Source of the DNA: Pseudomonadota bacterium | GTDB lineage: Bacteria; Pseudomonadota; Gammaproteobacteria; Burkholderiales; Burkholderiaceae_C | DNA length: 64,000 bases | Assembly: GCA_963204815.1 (NCBI GenBank) | Contig: CAUJHQ010000068.1 | Coordinates: 21,771-85,770 of the forward strand | Direction of reading: 5' to 3' | Shown here: one piece after another, positions 62,310 through 64,000 of the stretch | Numbering within the stretch: position 1 is the first letter of the stretch | How the letters are laid out: each line of letters begins with the position of its first letter | Program-made: the position numbers and the translations under genes | Notes under the pieces: generated by a model | What the model was told of the DNA's origin: nothing | The model's input: only the letters and a program-made list of their open reading frames with translations | The model's database searches: none

Positions 62310-62419
62310 GGGTCGCGTTTGTACGCGCCGGCGCGCCCGCCGGCATCCCCAAGAGTACCCACCCCCCGACCGCCTAGAATCAGGCCCCCGAACGCAGATC
62401 ACCGAGCGAGACGACACGC

Positions 62420-63145
62420 ATGGCCGGACACTCCAAATGGGCCAACATCCAGCACCGCAAGGGCCGCCAGGACGAGAAGCGCGGCAAGGCCTGGACCCGC
62501 GTCATCCGCGAGATCATGGTCGCGGCGCGGCTGGGCGGCGGTGACACGTCGGCCAACCCGCGGCTGCGGCTGGCGGTCGAGAAGGCGAAGGCCGTCAACC
62601 TGCCGGTCGACACCGTCAAGCGCAACATCGACAAGGCCACCGGCAACCTCGAAGGCGTCAGCTACGAGGAGATCCGCTACGAGGGCTACGGCATCGGCGG
62701 CGCGGCGATCATCGTCGACTGCATGACCGACAACCGCGTGCGCACCGTGGCCGAGGTGCGCCACGCCTTCAGCAAGCACGGCGGCAACCTGGGCACCGAA
62801 GGTTCGGTGGCGTTCCAGTTCAAGCACTGCGGCCAGCTCGTCTTCGCGCCCGGCACGAGCGAGGACGCGGTGATGGAAGCCGCGCTCGACGCTGGCGCCG
62901 AGGACGTGATCACTGGCGAGGACGGGAGCATCGAGGTGCTGACCCCGCCGTCGGAGTTCGAGGCTGTGAAGCTGGCGCTCGAGTCCAAGGGCCTGAAGCC
63001 CGAGATTGCCGAAGTGACGATGCGCGCCGAGAACACCATCGAGCTCGCCGGCGACGACGCCGCGCGCATGCAGAAGCTGCTCGACGTGATCGAGGATCTC
63101 GACGACGTGCAAGAGGTCTATCACAACGCCGAGATCGCCGAATGA
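62420..63145 (+). CDS. yebC: YebC/PmpR-family protein
   Basis: [31 protein letters not shown]. Confidence 0.97.
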   Translation: MAGHSKWANIQHRKGRQDEKRGKAWTRVIREIMVAARLGGGDTSANPRLRLAVEKAKAVNLPVDTVKRNIDKATGNLEGVSYEEIRYEGYGIGGAAIIVDCMTDNRVRTVAEVRHAFSKHGGNLGTEGSVAFQFKHCGQLVFAPGTSEDAVMEAALDAGAEDVITGEDGSIEVLTPPSEFEAVKLALESKGLKPEIAEVTMRAENTIELAGDDAARMQKLLDVIEDLDDVQEVYHNAEIAE

Positions 63146-64000
63146 AGGTGCTGGTGATCGGGTCGGGTGCGCGCGAGCACGCGCTCGCCTGGAAGCTGTC
63201 GCAGAGCCCGCGCGTGCAGATGATCTACGTCGCGCCGGGCAACGGCGGCACCGCCGCCGACCCCAACCTGCGCAACGTGCCGATCAGCGACCCCGAGGCG
63301 CTGGCCGACTTCGCGGCGGCCGAGAAGATGGTGCTCACCGTCGTCGGCCCCGAGGCGCCGCTGGCGGCCGGCATCGTCGACTTGTTCAAGAGCCGCGGCC
63401 TGCGCATCTTCGGCCCCACGAAGGCGGCGGCGCAGCTGGAGAGCAGCAAGGCCTTCGCGAAGGAATTCATGCAGCGCCACGGCATCCCGACCGCGCTGTA
63501 CGCGAGCTTCACCGACGCCGCCGCGGCGCATGCCCACGTCACGAAGCACGGCGCGCCGATCGTCGTCAAGGCCGACGGCCTGGCGGCCGGCAAGGGCGTG
63601 GTCGTCGCGCTGACGGCCGACGAGGCGCACGCCGCCATCGACGGCATGCTGTCGGTGCCGGGCGGCCGCGTCGTCATCGAGGAGTTCATGGACGGCGAGG
63701 AGGCGAGCTTCATCGTCGCCTGCGACGGCCAGCACGTGGTGCCGCTGGCCACCAGCCAGGACCACAAGCGCATCTTCGACGGCGACCAGGGCCCCAACAC
63801 CGGCGGCATGGGCGCCTACTCGCCGGCACCGGTGGTCACGCCCAACGTGCACGCCAAGGTCATGCAGGAGATCGTGCTGCCGACCATCGCCGGCATGGCC
63901 AAGGAAGGCATGCCGTTCACCGGCTTCCTCTACGCCGGACTGATGATCGATGCCCAGGGCCAGCCGCGCACGGTGGAGTTCAACGCGCGCCTGGGCGACC
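63142..64000 (+). CDS. purD: Phosphoribosylamine--glycine ligase (3' end outside window)
   Basis: Manual translation [19 protein letters not shown]...VGPEAPL...[11 protein letters not shown]...[12 protein letters not shown]...EFNAR. Confidence 0.97.
   Translation, partial: MKVLVIGSGAREHALAWKLSQSPRVQMIYVAPGNGGTAADPNLRNVPISDPEALADFAAAEKMVLTVVGPEAPLAAGIVDLFKSRGLRIFGPTKAAAQLESSKAFAKEFMQRHGIPTALYASFTDAAAAHAHVTKHGAPIVVKADGLAAGKGVVVALTADEAHAAIDGMLSVPGGRVVIEEFMDGEEASFIVACDGQHVVPLATSQDHKRIFDGDQGPNTGGMGAYSPAPVVTPNVHAKVMQEIVLPTIAGMAKEGMPFTGFLYAGLMIDAQGQPRTVEFNARLGD

Overview
High-GC (roughly 70%+) betaproteobacterial chromosome segment; gene content suggests Burkholderiales (Rubrivivax/Piscinibacter-like, an inference). 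Left third: partial ribD, a six-gene type IV minor-pilin cluster with AlgR-like boxes, nrdR, glyA with a ZMP/ZTP riboswitch, a lytic transglycosylase, ubiD, a candidate multi-hairpin sRNA, oxidoreductases, an ABC exporter, ygiQ, an HDOD gene, glnS and chrA. Centre (26227-52001, about 26 kb): a xanthomonadin/aryl-polyene-type type II PKS cluster. It is unusually expanded: three KS, two CLF, two ACPs, a XanB2-like chorismatase, an aryl-ACP ligase fused to a dehydratase, two different flavin-dependent halogenase-family genes, methyltransferase, GT2, deacetylase, PAP2-like enzyme, two acyltransferases, MMPL/LolA/MipA export, three lipoproteins and an embedded degenerate HD-GYP gene, with no DarA/DarB. 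Two short palindromic inserts in the cluster encode mini-ORFs that keep stop/start coupling intact. Right end: a LytS/LytTR module, DUF853 ATPase, a coupled GGDEF-EAL/BLUF pair, an uncharacterised PhoD-like plus permuted-papain-like gene pair, yebC and partial purD. No tRNA, rRNA, CRISPR or transposase was seen. Family assignments come from motif recognition only; no database searches were run.
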